A stretch of 64,000 nucleotides of DNA, taken from contig OZ287750.1 of the NCBI GenBank assembly GCA_965649765.1, positions 46,128,001 to 46,192,000 of the forward strand, read 5' to 3'. Within the stretch, counting starts at the first letter, position 1. Every line of letters begins with the position of its first letter. The position numbers and the translations under genes were made by a program. The notes beneath the pieces were generated by a model. The model was not told the origin of the DNA and did no database searches. It saw nothing but the letters and a program-made list of their open reading frames with translations. The DNA is from Bispira polyomma (lineage: Eukaryota). Positions 49,576 through 62,412 of the stretch are shown here, piece after piece.

Positions 49576-52500
49576 TCTTGGTCTCAGGTCTTGGGGCCTG
49601 CTGAATGTCAAATAATTTCTCAGGATTGGGACTGATTTCTCCTTCACCTACAATGTGCCCTAGAAAATCTACCGTCCTAAACCCTAACTTGCACTTTGTT
49701 GGTTTCATCGTCAATCCTGCAGATTTAACTCTTTCAAACAACTTCCTCAGTTCAATCAAATGCTCCTCCCACTCTATAGTATGAGTCACTGTATCATCTA
49801 TATAGCTCTCCGACTTACTTAATCCCTTCAAAAGGATTCTCATCATCCGGTTAAAAGTGGCTGCTGAATTTACCAGACCAAAAGGCATTCTCAGATAACA
49901 GTATGAACCTTCTGGAGTTACAAAACAAGTCTTGTCTTGACTTGACTTAGCAACAGCGATTTGCCAGTATCCTTTTGACATGTCACATTTGCTTACCCAT
50001 TTGCTGTCTTTTAGTTTGCAAAATATCTGATCTGCCTGCACCATAGGTTCTGTGGAAAATACAGTTAAACGGTTGAGCTTCCGATAATCTGTGCAGAAAC
50101 GGAGTGTTCCATCAGCTTTCCTAACTAGAACAATTGGAGATGCGTATGGGGAATTGCAAGGTTTGATAACATTCATCCTTAGCATCTTTTCAACTTCATT
50201 GTCTACAACACTTTGCATGTGGTAGGGTACTGGGTATGGTTTCAACCTGACTGGTTCATCACTCAACAACTCTATCTCATGTTCAACTAAATTGGTGGAC
50301 CCTGGAAGATCAGAGAATATGTCCCTAAACTCATGAAGTAAATCAAAAACCTGTTGTTCTTGACCCTCTGATAAATCAGGATTCACAATTACATCTTTGT
50401 ATGTTTCGGTTTGCTCAAGACAGTTGAAATGTATCAGCTTATCATCGTCGACGGTTCCCACTTCTGTTTGAGACTCAATAACAGCCATAGATACAACCTG
50501 CAAAAGTGATGATTCAGCAACTACGCTAATCGCACTACCAGTACCTTGGTTACTTGGAAGCTGAAGATATTTTTTTAATAGGTTTGCATGGTAGATTTTT
50601 ACCTTGCCCTTAACCTGGACTCGATAGTCATCACCAATGGCTTCAACTACTTCATAGGGACCTTGCCATTTCACTAAAAGCTTGTTTGATTCAGTGGGCA
50701 ACAACAATAACACTTTGTCCTTCACCTCAAACTTACGTTTCTTGCTTCTCTTATCATGGTGATACTTACCTTTCAGCTGAGCGTTCTCTAATTGACTTTG
50801 AGCTAGCTTACAAGTGTTTTCTAACCTTTCTCTTAAATCCACTATGTACTGATATGTGGTTTTGGTTTCATCTGAGTCAAACTCACCTGACCATAACTCT
50901 TTAAGGATACTCATAGGACCTCTCACCGTTCTTCCATATAAGAGTTCAAACGGGGCAAAACCTGTACTAGCTTGAGGAACCTCTCTATATGCAAAAAGTA
51001 CAGCAGGGAGATACCTATCCCAATCTCGAGGTCGCTCAGAACATAATTTCCGCAACATAGATTTCAACACAAAATGAAACTTTTCCACAAGACCGTTACA
51101 TTGTGGGTGGTAAGGAGTAGTAAGCAATTGCTTAACACTAAGTAGTCTATTCACCTCCTGCATCAACTGTGATGTAAACTGAGAACCTCTGTCACTCAAG
51201 ATCTCACTTGGTATTCCCACTCTGGAAAACATTTCTATAAGGCCTTCTGCAACACGTTCGGTCTCTATGGTGGGGAGAGCAACGGCTTCTGGGTACCTAG
51301 TAGCATAGTCAACCATGGTAAGTATATAGCGATGACCACGCTCAGTGACTGGGGTAAATGGACCAACCAAATCTATTGCTACCCTTTGAAACGGTGTGTC
51401 AATAAGTGGCATTTTATTTAAGGGAACGTGGGATACCCTGCCCTTTGGGGTTGTTCTCTGACATAGATCACAAGATCTACAAAACAAATTAGCATCACTT
51501 TGTAAGCCTGGCCAGAAGAAACTACACATAATTCTGTCTAAGGTTTTCTTCATACCTAAATGACCACTCATCAGAGTTTCATGAGCCAATTTAAGTACCT
51601 TAGTTCTTAACCTTTGGGGCACTAGAAGTTGTTTCCCAGGTTTCTGTCTATTTCTGGGATGAAATTCTCGATATAAGAAACCCTTTTGGACTGAATAGTT
51701 TACTTGGTTGCCACCCCTTATCTTTACAGATTTGTTTTCTGCCGCTAAATCCCACACAGAACTAAGACTTGAATCATTCAACTGCTCTTGTTTAAATTCC
51801 TCAGATGTTAAACCTAAGTCAATCTCAGATGGAACCTTTAATGGACCTATGGGTTTTTTCTCCCTTTCAGTTTGGGCCCTGGTCATTACTGGTACCTTTT
51901 CAGTATTAGTTACCACCTCCTCAGAAGCACTATACCAATCAGGGTTTGGATCATTGACATCTCTAATACCAGGTATATTTCCCAACACTAGCGGGTAGAT
52001 GGGTTTCTCCATAATCATAGCCTCAACTTCACCTACATAGAAAGGAGTGTCTATATGTACTTTGGCAATGGGAAACTTCCTCACAGTCCCGTCAATAAGT
52101 ACACATAAAAAGACCTTCCCTGTAAACTGTTCTGGTTTCACAAGGCTTGATTGCACCACAACACCGGTACAACCACTATCCCTCAAAGTATCTACAGTCA
52201 CATCACTCACTACACCCTTAAATACTGGTAAGTTGTAGTTTTTTGAACCAATACTTTGCTCACAAGCACTAACTATAGTAATGGACTTACCTGAAGCGAG
52301 TTCCAATTGATCACCTGTTATACTCTCAGACAACAAACGCATGATACAAGTTGCTCCCGTTTCCTGCTGTTCAGATTCTGAACTAGCCCCATAGCTTTGT
52401 TTAACTGCACCAGCGGTTTGGATCTTAACTCTACAATCTCTCTTCATATGACCCTTCTTACCACATCTGTAACAGATCTTGTCAAAGACATTGGGTCTTG

Positions 52501-53350
52501 TTTTCCCCTTGGAGACAAACCTTAAACTATCCCTATCATTAGATACGTGTTTTACTGGAGTTGACTCTTTTATGAGACAGTTTTGTTCACCATGGGCCTC
52601 AACATACTGTTCTGCTAAGTAAGCCATTTCCTTCGAAGTTTTAGGAGTTCTTTCTTTAAGGAACACAGCTAATGGTTTACTACAATTGGAGACAAACTGT
52701 TCTCTCAACATGAGATCAGATAACTTATCAAAACTCTTGGAGACTTCTCCAAATTCAATCTACCTCTCAAGGTAATTGGCTAACCTATCAACAAACTGGG
52801 TTGGGGTCTCACCTTTTTCTATTCTGGATGTCCTAAACTTTGCTCTAAAGCCTTCCTCAGTCAGCTCATATCTCTTGAGAGGTGCCTTTTTTAGTTTATC
52901 AAAGTTGTCACTGTCCTCTTTTCCTAGCCTACGATAAACTTCTAATGCTGTTCCTGAAAGTAACGCGCTAAGACTCATTGCCCAATCTTCAGGTTTTAGA
53001 CTTTGGGCGGCCGCATACTTCTCAAAACGAAATAGAAAGGAATCCATATCGTCCTTATTTTCAACAAAGGGGGAAAGTTTGGGGAAGCTGGCTCTGATTA
53101 CACCTTGACCTGGTCTAACCTGGGAAGTAGAATTAAGTCTAGCTATCTCCAACTCTGCCTCCTTAACTCTTAACTCTGCATCCTTAAGTACTTTCTCATG
53201 TTCCCTTCTATCTACTCTTTCTGCCCTCTCTCTATCTTGCTGTTCCCTCTCCCTATCTTGCTGTTCCAACACAAAAGTCTGTAAAGACTGCCCTTCTAAA
53301 CCCATCTGTTTACCTACTTCAACTAGTTTGTCCATTTTTAAACTTTTCAC
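49406..53350 (-). pseudogene. Gypsy gag-pol (SCAN-like domain, CCHC knuckle, protease, integrase, RT); TAG at 52760; the last about 55 aa derive from the DIRS1 YR
   Basis: CYRCGKKGHMKRDC, LRDSGCT, H..H..C..C, IDLVGP/SDRGSQF/NGLVEK, GPY, RFCTDYRKLN, MPFGL, YIDD. Confidence 0.88.
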
Positions 53351-53996
53351 AAATAAAGGACACAGACCAAACTACCTGAATTACACAAACTACCAAACAG
53401 ACCACAGCTACAACATTTTTTACAACTACTAGTTACTACTATAGTTCAGTAAACTGCTAAGCTAACCTTGTCTACACATTGGCTTTCTAACCAATACAGT
53501 TATATACCCTTGATACCACAGATTCCACTGGTTTCCTAACCAGTACAATGATATACCCTTGATATCACCAATTAACCTGAAGTCTAATACCTTAGTACCA
53601 CCATCCCATTTACCCCTACTCGAGATGGTAAACCAGATGTATACTAAATAACACTACTTCAGTTAACCAATAAAGTGATATACCCTTGATATCACAAACT
53701 ACCCTGAAGTTGAATATCTTAGTACCACCAGCCCATTTACCCTCACTCGAGATGGTAAACCAGATGTATACTAAATAACACTACTTCAGTTAACCTGTAA
53801 ATCACACAGAAATGCAGCACGCCCCACTACACACCAAAGACTCGAAACAAACTTTTGAACTACCCTGCCCTTTAGGCTTCAACGTTTTAACATCAGCTTG
53901 TACGATAATATCTATAAAAACATCAAACCGACGTGTGAAGGAAAAGCCACATATTATTTCTTCTAAATGAGTTAATCAATTAAACTATCTACAAAT

Positions 53997-54015
53997 AATC
54001 CTGGTCATGGCACCA
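53997..54015 (-). promoter_or_regulatory. Primer-binding site, tRNA-His-like
   Basis: TGGTGCCATGACCAGGATT, 2 nt after the LTR end; close to the complement of the tRNA-His 3' end. Confidence 0.75.
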
Positions 54016-54017
54016 AA

Positions 54018-55469
54018 TGTTACGCTTTGATTGTATAGTGGTTTGTAGATAGTAAGATAGTAAAAGAGCGTTCTAACTTTACCAAGCTTATTGCTATTTA
54101 TTCGGAATTACAATGATAATACAAAATAACATGTGGCTCACATTAAGTGTGTTCAATCTTAAATTTGAACTCTCTTTACATCATAGGTTCAAAACCAGAT
54201 TATTAATAAATTACTCTCACCAAGGATACACCGTTAATAATGTTACAATACCATAGCTCACAAAGTTCCTGACTATTGTCCTCCTGATGAAATGTCTTCC
54301 AAGCTGTTAGCTGTATTACAGTAACGTTGTTGTTGTCAGTTCAAGTTTGACTAAAGTTGTTATGCAGTCATAACTCACAGTCCCAGTGAAGAATTGTGCG
54401 GAGTCGATATAACATGCTGAATCTTGCCTGTATCACCATACACTGTTGTTCTGTGTAACTAACAAGATGAATGATACCACCAGAATCAATTGTTCAGTCA
54501 TAAAGGGCGTACTGCCAGCACCAGTGCTTGAAAAGTAAAGAATTAAGCATCCTTACTATACTCTTTATACAAGTGTATCCTTGTTCATAAAGTATAACAA
54601 TATTCACTATACCTATACATAATTACTTTTGAAAATTACACATCATTAGTTAGTCATTTTACTTGTCACCTATATTCATAAACTACATATAACTCTAAAG
54701 TGACTTCAGTATTCTATTATAGAGGTATGAACCCCTAACTAAACAGACCTTTAATAAGTGACATACATATTTACATAGGCTGTTCTTATAACATGAACTT
54801 TTCAGTAACTACATATTTGGAGTAATACATTACATATACATACTATCACAATGAAATATCCATAAAGTCTAATATACCAAAGTGTATTAATTTACTTACA
54901 AACACTCCTGTAGTATAAGTTACATTTCCTTCCCCGGTAATACTACCACACTGGCTGCTACAACTCCACTGATTTTTAAACTAAACTGTTTGCCATTCTA
55001 CACCTTAGACAGCATGCCTGTGTCAAAACCGCTCAACAGAATACCTAGACTATATTGAATCAAAGTTTCTGAACAGAGCATAGCTTAAGCTCAATGTACA
55101 CTGTGTAGAATCATTCCTGAGTGATAAACAACAATGTCTAATATACACTACTAAATTCTAAATTACATGTGATAGTCACACTCACAATTAAATACAACTG
55201 CTAAATAACATGTTTAAAAGTCATAACTACTCCTCAACAACATATTACCAATAATGTATAGTGTATCTGCATATATGCGACTGAACCCTAAACTTTTATA
55301 ACTGACAGTTCTCCAACAATATTGTACCCAATACACATCAGCTGATACCCCTCAAGTCTGTACACCACATATGACATTTTAAACACACATGAAATCAATG
55401 AACTACATCAGAATGTCCACATATAGAATGCTTAACTAGTAACCAAAACATATAACTCAAATTGTAACA
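54018..55469 (-). repeat. 5' LTR of the Gypsy element (about 1.45 kb)
   Basis: TGTTAC...GTAACA termini; PBS adjacent on one side, DIRS1 sequence resumes at 55470 on the other. Confidence 0.75.
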
Positions 55470-56480
55470 AGAGGCCAACTGTTTAGACTTTTTGAGACTT
55501 CTAACCTTTTTGAGCCAAAGTGATGTGCAATGGCTATACACTCTTCTAGAAGATGGTCGCTGATGTGCCTTAATTCGTTCTTCCACTGACTTTGAAAACT
55601 GGAAATCGTTTTGCAATGGGATTCCAGTAACCAAACATTGAGATTCAGATATGGCAGGTTTGGTTGATATTGGAGGCGGTTTGGTTGCTTTGGAAGATGA
55701 GGCCACTGGGGTACGGGAACTGGTTGTCTGACTGATAGATCCACCAGATCCCAGAACCAGGTCATGCCTGGCCATCCTGGAGCTAAGACCATCATTTGAC
55801 ACAGGTAAGTTCGCATTTTCTGGACTAGTTTTTGAATGAGAGCCCTGGACAATACATATAGCCACCCAGCCCATCCCACGAGATGATCAATGCATCTATT
55901 TCTAGTGCTTGGCCATCTGGAATTGGTGATACATACAGAGGAAGCTTGTGGTTTTCAGGTACCATTGGAAAGCTCTCATATGTAGCATTCCAAATGGAAG
56001 CGTTTTCTCCATGATAGCCATTACCCCTATCAGAGACATTAACTTCCTGGACGTTACGACTTTGACAAATTCTCACACTTCTTCTGAGTTGGAAATACTA
56101 GACCTAATTTCAGGTCGAAGGGGTAGCCGAGAAAATCTATCGTCTGAGTGGGCTGGACTTTTTTAAAAATTTTTTTTTGATTTTATCACCTAGTCTAACT
56201 CCTATGGAGACTATCTTGACAGTCTGATTTCGACTTTGTTCCATCGACGGGGAATGAATTAACCAGTCGTCGATATACTGGTGAACTCTGATCCCTTGTG
56301 ACTGTAGCACTAACTTTGTTTTTTTCATGACCTGATTGAATTCTAATGGTACTGTGACAATGCCAAACGGAAGCGCCTTAAATTGGTAGGGAGTCTGGGT
56401 ACATAAAAATATGCCTTGGTTAGGTCTATCGAGGCCACCATTCCCCGTTCTTCAATGAATTTTGTATCACTTCCACCTGC
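55470..56480 (-). mobile_element. DIRS1-type remnant: RT, RNase H/DNA N6-adenine-methyltransferase-like and start of YR fragments
   Basis: ASIDLTKAYF, YQFKALPFG, HQYIDDWLI; LPLYVSPIPD..ALEIDAL..SW, VLAPGWPGMTWFWDL. Confidence 0.8.
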
Positions 56481-56513
56481 AGCTGATATAAGAGACAAAT
56501 AAAGGATACTTAC

Positions 56514-57241
56514 AGTTTACTGTAACAGACATCATGTAACAAGCTTCAGTAAGGGTATGAAACCAGCTCTCAGCTGCTATGGTATCTGAAATTTATCAGT
56601 ATTATTATTATACATTTTTACCGAGCTTTGTTGATGCTAGTCATCTTACAAAGTGCAACAACAGAATCAGTAAGCCAATTGTATAGTGCATGGACACATC
56701 TAGGTCGTAAGGAAAGATGTGGGGGTGTACATGGAGGGAAGTAAGGGGGAATTATAATAATTTATAACTGATGGGAGGGGGACTCGGACGTGTAGTAGAT
56801 AACATACTAACCTCCCACATATCCTGTCCTGGGTTCAAATCTTAGTCCTAGCATGTATGGAGGAAAGTCGGCAGTGGACTTGCGGAAGGCCAGTGGTTTG
56901 CAGAGCAGAAAAAAACTACCATGTTCTGATTTGCTTCACCAGTGAACTGGCTGATCATTGTGATATGACACATGAAGTGTTGTATATTAGTTGGTCGAAA
57001 TACTCCACTGTAAACCACCGATTATCGTCAAGTTATTGCCAACTTTCCCACTTAAGAACTGGGGCGAGATTTGAACCCAGGACCTCAGAGATGAGAGGTG
57101 AGTGTATCTCCACTGCGCCACTGTGGCCCCTACTGCAACAAAAATAAGAGACCAATAAAGGATACTTACAGCTTACCCTAACATACATCATGTAACAAGT
57201 CTCAGTCAGGGTATTAAACCAGCTGTCAGCTGCCATGGTAT
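56514..57241 (-). other. Two tandem 72-nt phase-1 exon-like units (57170-57241 and 56514-56585) within a duplicated block of about 190 bp
   Basis: Each has TTCAG| and |GTAAGT on the minus strand; open frame DT(M/I)AA(D/E)SWF(N/H)TLTE(T/A)CYMM. Confidence 0.55.
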
Positions 57242-58264
57242 CTGAAGTTTATTATTGATATTATACATTTGTAATACGCTTTATTTATGCTAGGCATCTT
57301 TTAAAGCGTAACAACATAATCAGTCAGTCTTCTTTGAAACCTCAAATGATTAAAAAAGTTGGGTGTGAAATATATCCATGTTGTATGTTCATTTCTTTGT
57401 CTAGCTATTGTAAAGGTTGTTCTGAAAATAGTCAAGGGTAAATTATATTGGTGACTATATTTAACACCTCACTGTCATGTACACATAAAAAGTTAGAGTA
57501 TCACAGGTTCACAGGTACTGGTCAGCTGATTGTCAGCTGTTGGCCTATATAAAGATTATTTGTGAACTGAGGGTTACTGGCAGTCTAGCATGTCATTGAA
57601 AAACAAGTGGGTTAAAAAATAATATCTGTATCTATACATATTTAGTCTATAAAGTTCAAAGAACTTCTCAAACGTACATGTGCTAATGTGCTGCATAGTG
57701 GGTTTGTCATATAAACCCTTGTATCAGTATATCGCTTTACTACTGGTAGGGAGAGTGTGTGGATTCACCCTCCAACCCATAAACCAATATTTATATGTTT
57801 TATGATAGGGTAAAACTTAGCTTGCACTTGTTTTGATGTCTAACACACTGATTTTGTTATGTAGTTATTAGTCTCAGCCCAAAGTAAAAATAAATATGAA
57901 AATTTCATAAAGTTTCATGAGGCCTCAAACATATCAACTAGGGTACAACTGGCAGCTTGTCTGATACCAACTCTTAAAAGGAGTGAAGGTTCTATATTGT
58001 TTTACTACATATTAATTAGGGGTTGGTAAATTATGTGTATAATATGTATTTACACAACACACTAGCCGGGGGTCATTTCAGCTCAGAGTTTTTTTTATCC
58101 ATGTGAGAACATTATGATTCAGTATTCATTCTTGGAACTATAGGTTAATTTACACATATCCAATTGTTCCAAAGAATACATATACCACGGAATACATTGT
58201 CAAATGACTTTATATATCTGTACAATATATGTGTATATAACATGTACCATGCCAGTACTCCAGC

Positions 58265-59260
58265 CTTCCATTTCCAAATGAGAGGCTACCCCCTAGAACG
58301 TATTGACTAGGCCTTAAGATGAGCCATCAGCCATCACCTTCTAGCCGTTACCAGCAAACTGGTCAAAGGACATGACAACCTGTTTATTATCAGCACCTTT
58401 CAACCACAATACTCTGGTCTCAAGGTGTTATCACCAAGAATTGGAACTTCCTGACGAGGTGTAATGACACAAAAGCTTTATAGACCAAAATCTCATATTT
58501 GGCAAAGACGAAAAAAATCTTAAAGATTTTTTGGTTAGAGCACAGGTGCAATATCCGCCTAAGCCCAAAACCATCACCACAGGACTGGTTGCACATAGTA
58601 AACCATGCACTTTTGCAAAATGCATCAATACTACTGGTCGTATCATCAGTTCACAAACCCGAAGGTTATATTCCTCTAAGATCAGAATTAAGAAACCTTA
58701 TCTATTGCATGACTTGTAACTAATACAATATATGATAAGAAAAGAAAAGAAGCCTTATGGACAGATTTCAAAGTAATTTCTACAACATCACATCCAAACT
58801 CCTCAAAGACACCACAGGCCACCATTTCAACTCACCAGGTCATCAGGCTCTGTCCGAAATAAAAATACACAGTGTAGATTTCATCCATGCGCATCCCAAG
58901 TCCACCCGATCATCTGAGGTTTAGAGGACTAAAGAAAATGTCAACATCGCCTACACCCCAATACACCTCAATGCCTCAATATACAGGAGTGATTCCTTGT
59001 TGTTTGACACAGTCTATTGCCACAGTCTAAAAAAATATTAGTTTTAGACTGTGTACACAACCTGTTGTCCCACTATTCAAACTAAATAGTGGCTCTTCCT
59101 GACTACTGTCTTAAAAGTTTTAAAAAGTTTGCACGATAAACCAGTCAGCCAAACTTGTTCACACTAAAACATTTTCCACCTCCAGTAGTCACCAGTACAT
59201 TTACAACAAATCTCAATGCGTCTGATGAGCCTATTCCACACCAGGGAAATAGTCTTTTTT
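58265..59260 (+). mobile_element. Decayed Penelope-like element (GIY-YIG end) with a degenerate hammerhead core
   Basis: RGYP, KPC...C..INTTGRI.SSQT, NLIYCMTCN, HHFNSPGH, DFIHAHPKS, LNIQE*; CTGATGAG..GAAA at 59222-59249. Confidence 0.7.
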
Positions 59261-59698
59261 TGTGAATTCACAAATAAGAGAAGTGGTTTACCTGTGATGT
59301 CATCACGTTGACCAGGTAGATTGACCATTACCTGTCAATGTAACACATGTTTGACCACAAATATTTTAAATTTCATTGGTCAGGGGGAATTATTCATGTA
59401 CAGTAACTAAGGTCACGCATCCATTCATACAGCCTGTGAACATTAAATTGGTTGAAATTATGCACTGCCCTGAACATAAAGTGACAATCAGATGTTAATA
59501 TGTGATTATCTTTAGTGTCAGTTTGTCTACGCTGTAGTACTGCGAAATGTATGATTAATGTCCTACAAATGATGCTATTAATAAATGGAGAAGATGCCCA
59601 GCAACCCTGTTTATCATTAATGGCTGCATCCCGTCCCACATGACATACTACAACCAGCTGCCCTTCTTCAATGCAAAGTGAGATACATCACCCTAAAA

Positions 59699-59960
59699 GG
59701 GGCCGCGCTGGCCTAGTGGTTAGCAAGCATTGCGCTTCACAATCACTGGTCTCTCACCTCTGGGTGGCGTGAGTTCGCCCCCCGTCAATGCCTATGTGGG
59801 AAAGGTGGTAGTTCCTTACTGTGGGCCGATGGTTTCAGTGCAGAACCTTGATAAACTGTATGCAGTGTTTCCTCCAGCGTTTCCAACTACCCATCCCAAT
59901 ATAACCTCAAAAACAGGTACTAGAGTGGACGTTAAATATCCCAATTCAAATTCAAATTCA
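59699..59960 (+). mobile_element. SINE family A, copy 6
   Basis: Same consensus, (AATTCA)n tail. Confidence 0.85.
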
Positions 59961-61198
59961 CACATTCCCTATAATAAGCTATGAAGTGTTGCTGGACAGG
60001 CAAGGTGTAGAATTAGCACCACTCCAGTTCTTGGTGGTTGTTTTACTGTGACAGACGTGTTTGATCGTGACAATTTTTTTTAGAACAGTCCAGGCCAGCT
60101 GATGGGATTTAAGGAGAATGGACACGACACATGATAATACAAGATTAATACAATATAAGAGGCATTTTAGTATCAAACAAGTTAAGGTAGTTAAATATAT
60201 ATATTTAAGGTAATTCTTCAATTTTCGCTTATGCAAGACCAGTATTTTTGAGATGTTTATCAACCAAATTTGATTTTTTTTTCGTTCTTGGATATGGCAA
60301 ATCAGATTTGTGTACAGGAGAACATGTACAGATAATTTACAAACAGATAAAAAGTCTCCATCGCATATTGCTACAGGCTGTCGTGTAGGTGAAAACAGAA
60401 GCCAACACATCGCTCACTAAATCAGGTTCCATTAGTTTCCATTGTTTTGACATTGTAAAAACATGTGTAACTAATGTGCCCAGTTACCTACACTCACAAA
60501 CAATGTATTCATGTTTTAACAGCAGGTCTCAGGCCCAGAAACCAGAAATATGAAAAACCAAGCAAGTTGGCTCATTCACTCGGGGTGTTTAGGCTTCACG
60601 CCAGTCAGTCCTGCCTCACCCTTTAGAAATCTGCTTAAGTTACCAGACTAATTTTAACAGGTAAAAAGGTTATGACATCATGGGATTTCCACTGGTTATT
60701 AGGGGTTCAAATTGTTTATTATCTTAAATTCTGATTGGCCCAAGAGTAAGGGTTCACCTCCCATTTGTGACTTAGCTTCAGTTTAAAACTTGAGATCGAA
60801 TGGCACAGACGTACTTGAATTGTTTTGAATTGTTTAGAACTGTTTTTATATTTACAAAAGCTTTTATCAATTTTACAAACTGTTTATACGTTTTTAGTTT
60901 GTTTTAGTGATTGTGGATATATAAACTGGACTTAAAAAACGGACTAGAACATGGAATAGTACTTGTGAAATTCTCACTCAGTGGAGTTGGAATACAGTTG
61001 GAGTTCACTCGGCTGATCTGACAACCTCATGCTTGTATTGCCTGAAAGAGCAGCTTAAAAGGGACGATTCAAATCATTTTGATTAGTTAATGTTGTCCAA
61101 ATTGGTCGAATTTTGATCACAAGCTTGAAGTTGTCACATCAGCGTTCAGAGGGCTGTGAATATTTTTCAGAAATTTCAGATAACATTGACAATTTAAA

Positions 61199-62412
61199 AT
61201 GCCTAAGAGCAATAAAGCATTGTGCAAAAAATGTATGACCAGGCACGCACCACCTACGGGGAAGAAGTGTACCTTGGTAGACGACGGCAGTAGCAGTTCA
61301 CAGGTGGAGGGAGTGAAGGATACACCACAGCCAGCGAGTGTGGAGATGGACACGGCGGAGTCAGCGGTGGAGGACACGGACAGTGTACAGATGCAAATCC
61401 TGATGCAACTCAAAAAGGTGAACTCACGACTGGACATGGTCGAGGGACAAGTCGCAGATGTGCGGGCGAAAACCACAAGTGCCAGACGGGACAATATTAA
61501 GTAGTGCTTCTCAAAAACATTACAGTAAAAGTAAAAGCAAATCGAAAAGTAAAAACAGTGAAAGTGATAGTGATGTAGATTATCAGAAACATTACAGTAA
61601 GAGTAAAAGTAGTTACAAAAGTAGAATGATCTCAAGTGAAAGTGACACCTCTTCAGATGAATCTGTTGTACCCACTATGCTTGTATTGAGATCCTCTCAA
61701 GACATACAGAGGGAGGTTGACAGCAGGTTACGGGAACTAGAATGTCAAGGGGCATGTCAGGCAGGTAAATTTCTCACCTCAAAAATTAAATCAAAACGGG
61801 GGGGGCAGTGTTGACGTGGTTGTTAAACAACGTGTGGCCTGGCCTCAAGAATGAATTTTTTTTTTTTTTTTTTTTTTTTTTGGGGGGGGGGGGGGGACCA
61901 GCAGGCAAAGACTTGCTTATGACCAGCTGTCACTGACACAGTGGGTTCAGGGCTTCTGTAAAAATATTTTGGAAGAACGTGATAGTAAAACTAAGGACAA
62001 AATGGTACAGTACATGTCTGAACTTATGGAGGACGCAACAGATTTTTCCTGGCTGGGAGCTAAACCGGCACATGCGGTTCTGTTGTGCGAGATGGAGAGA
62101 GGCACTTTGACATGGCAAAACACATCTCGCACAGATAGAATTTGCAGGGCGCATGCGCAAAAACATCTCGCAGGGTCGGGTAAATCAAATTTAGCAAGAA
62201 GTACTGAAACAACCAGAAAACCTTGGTTTTGCAAAAACTTTCAAACCGGTAGCTGCTCTCACACAAAAGATCATGAGACAGGGGGAAAAATGCATAAACA
62301 TATTTGCTGAACATCTTTGGACAGGGGAAGGGAATTAAATCACCCAGAAAAAGATTGCACATTCGCTAAAAAGAAAATGTTTGCAAAAAACGAGCAAGCT
62401 GTTCAAGTCTAG
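61199..62412 (+). pseudogene. gag of element 3 (several frameshifts and stops)
   Basis: CKKCMTRHAPPTGKKC; IKSKRGG; EDATDFSW..AK.AHAVLLCEME; CKNFQTGSC..DHE. Confidence 0.82.

Larger units (their letters stand above)
49575..55469 (-). mobile_element. Gmr1-type Ty3/Gypsy LTR retrotransposon, 3'-truncated (no RNase H or 3' LTR)
   Basis: 5' LTR, PBS, gag, and pol with integrase placed before RT. Confidence 0.9.

Noticed and set aside
52757-52765. In-frame TAG between Gypsy gag and pol as programmed readthrough
   Set aside because: It falls inside the SCAN-like domain where Trp is expected (..LER[W]); a simple TGG>TAG mutation is more likely.
61855-61896. Long T-run/G-run in element 3 gag as a regulatory element
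   Set aside because: It corresponds to coding VLGG in element 2; homopolymer expansion or sequencing error.
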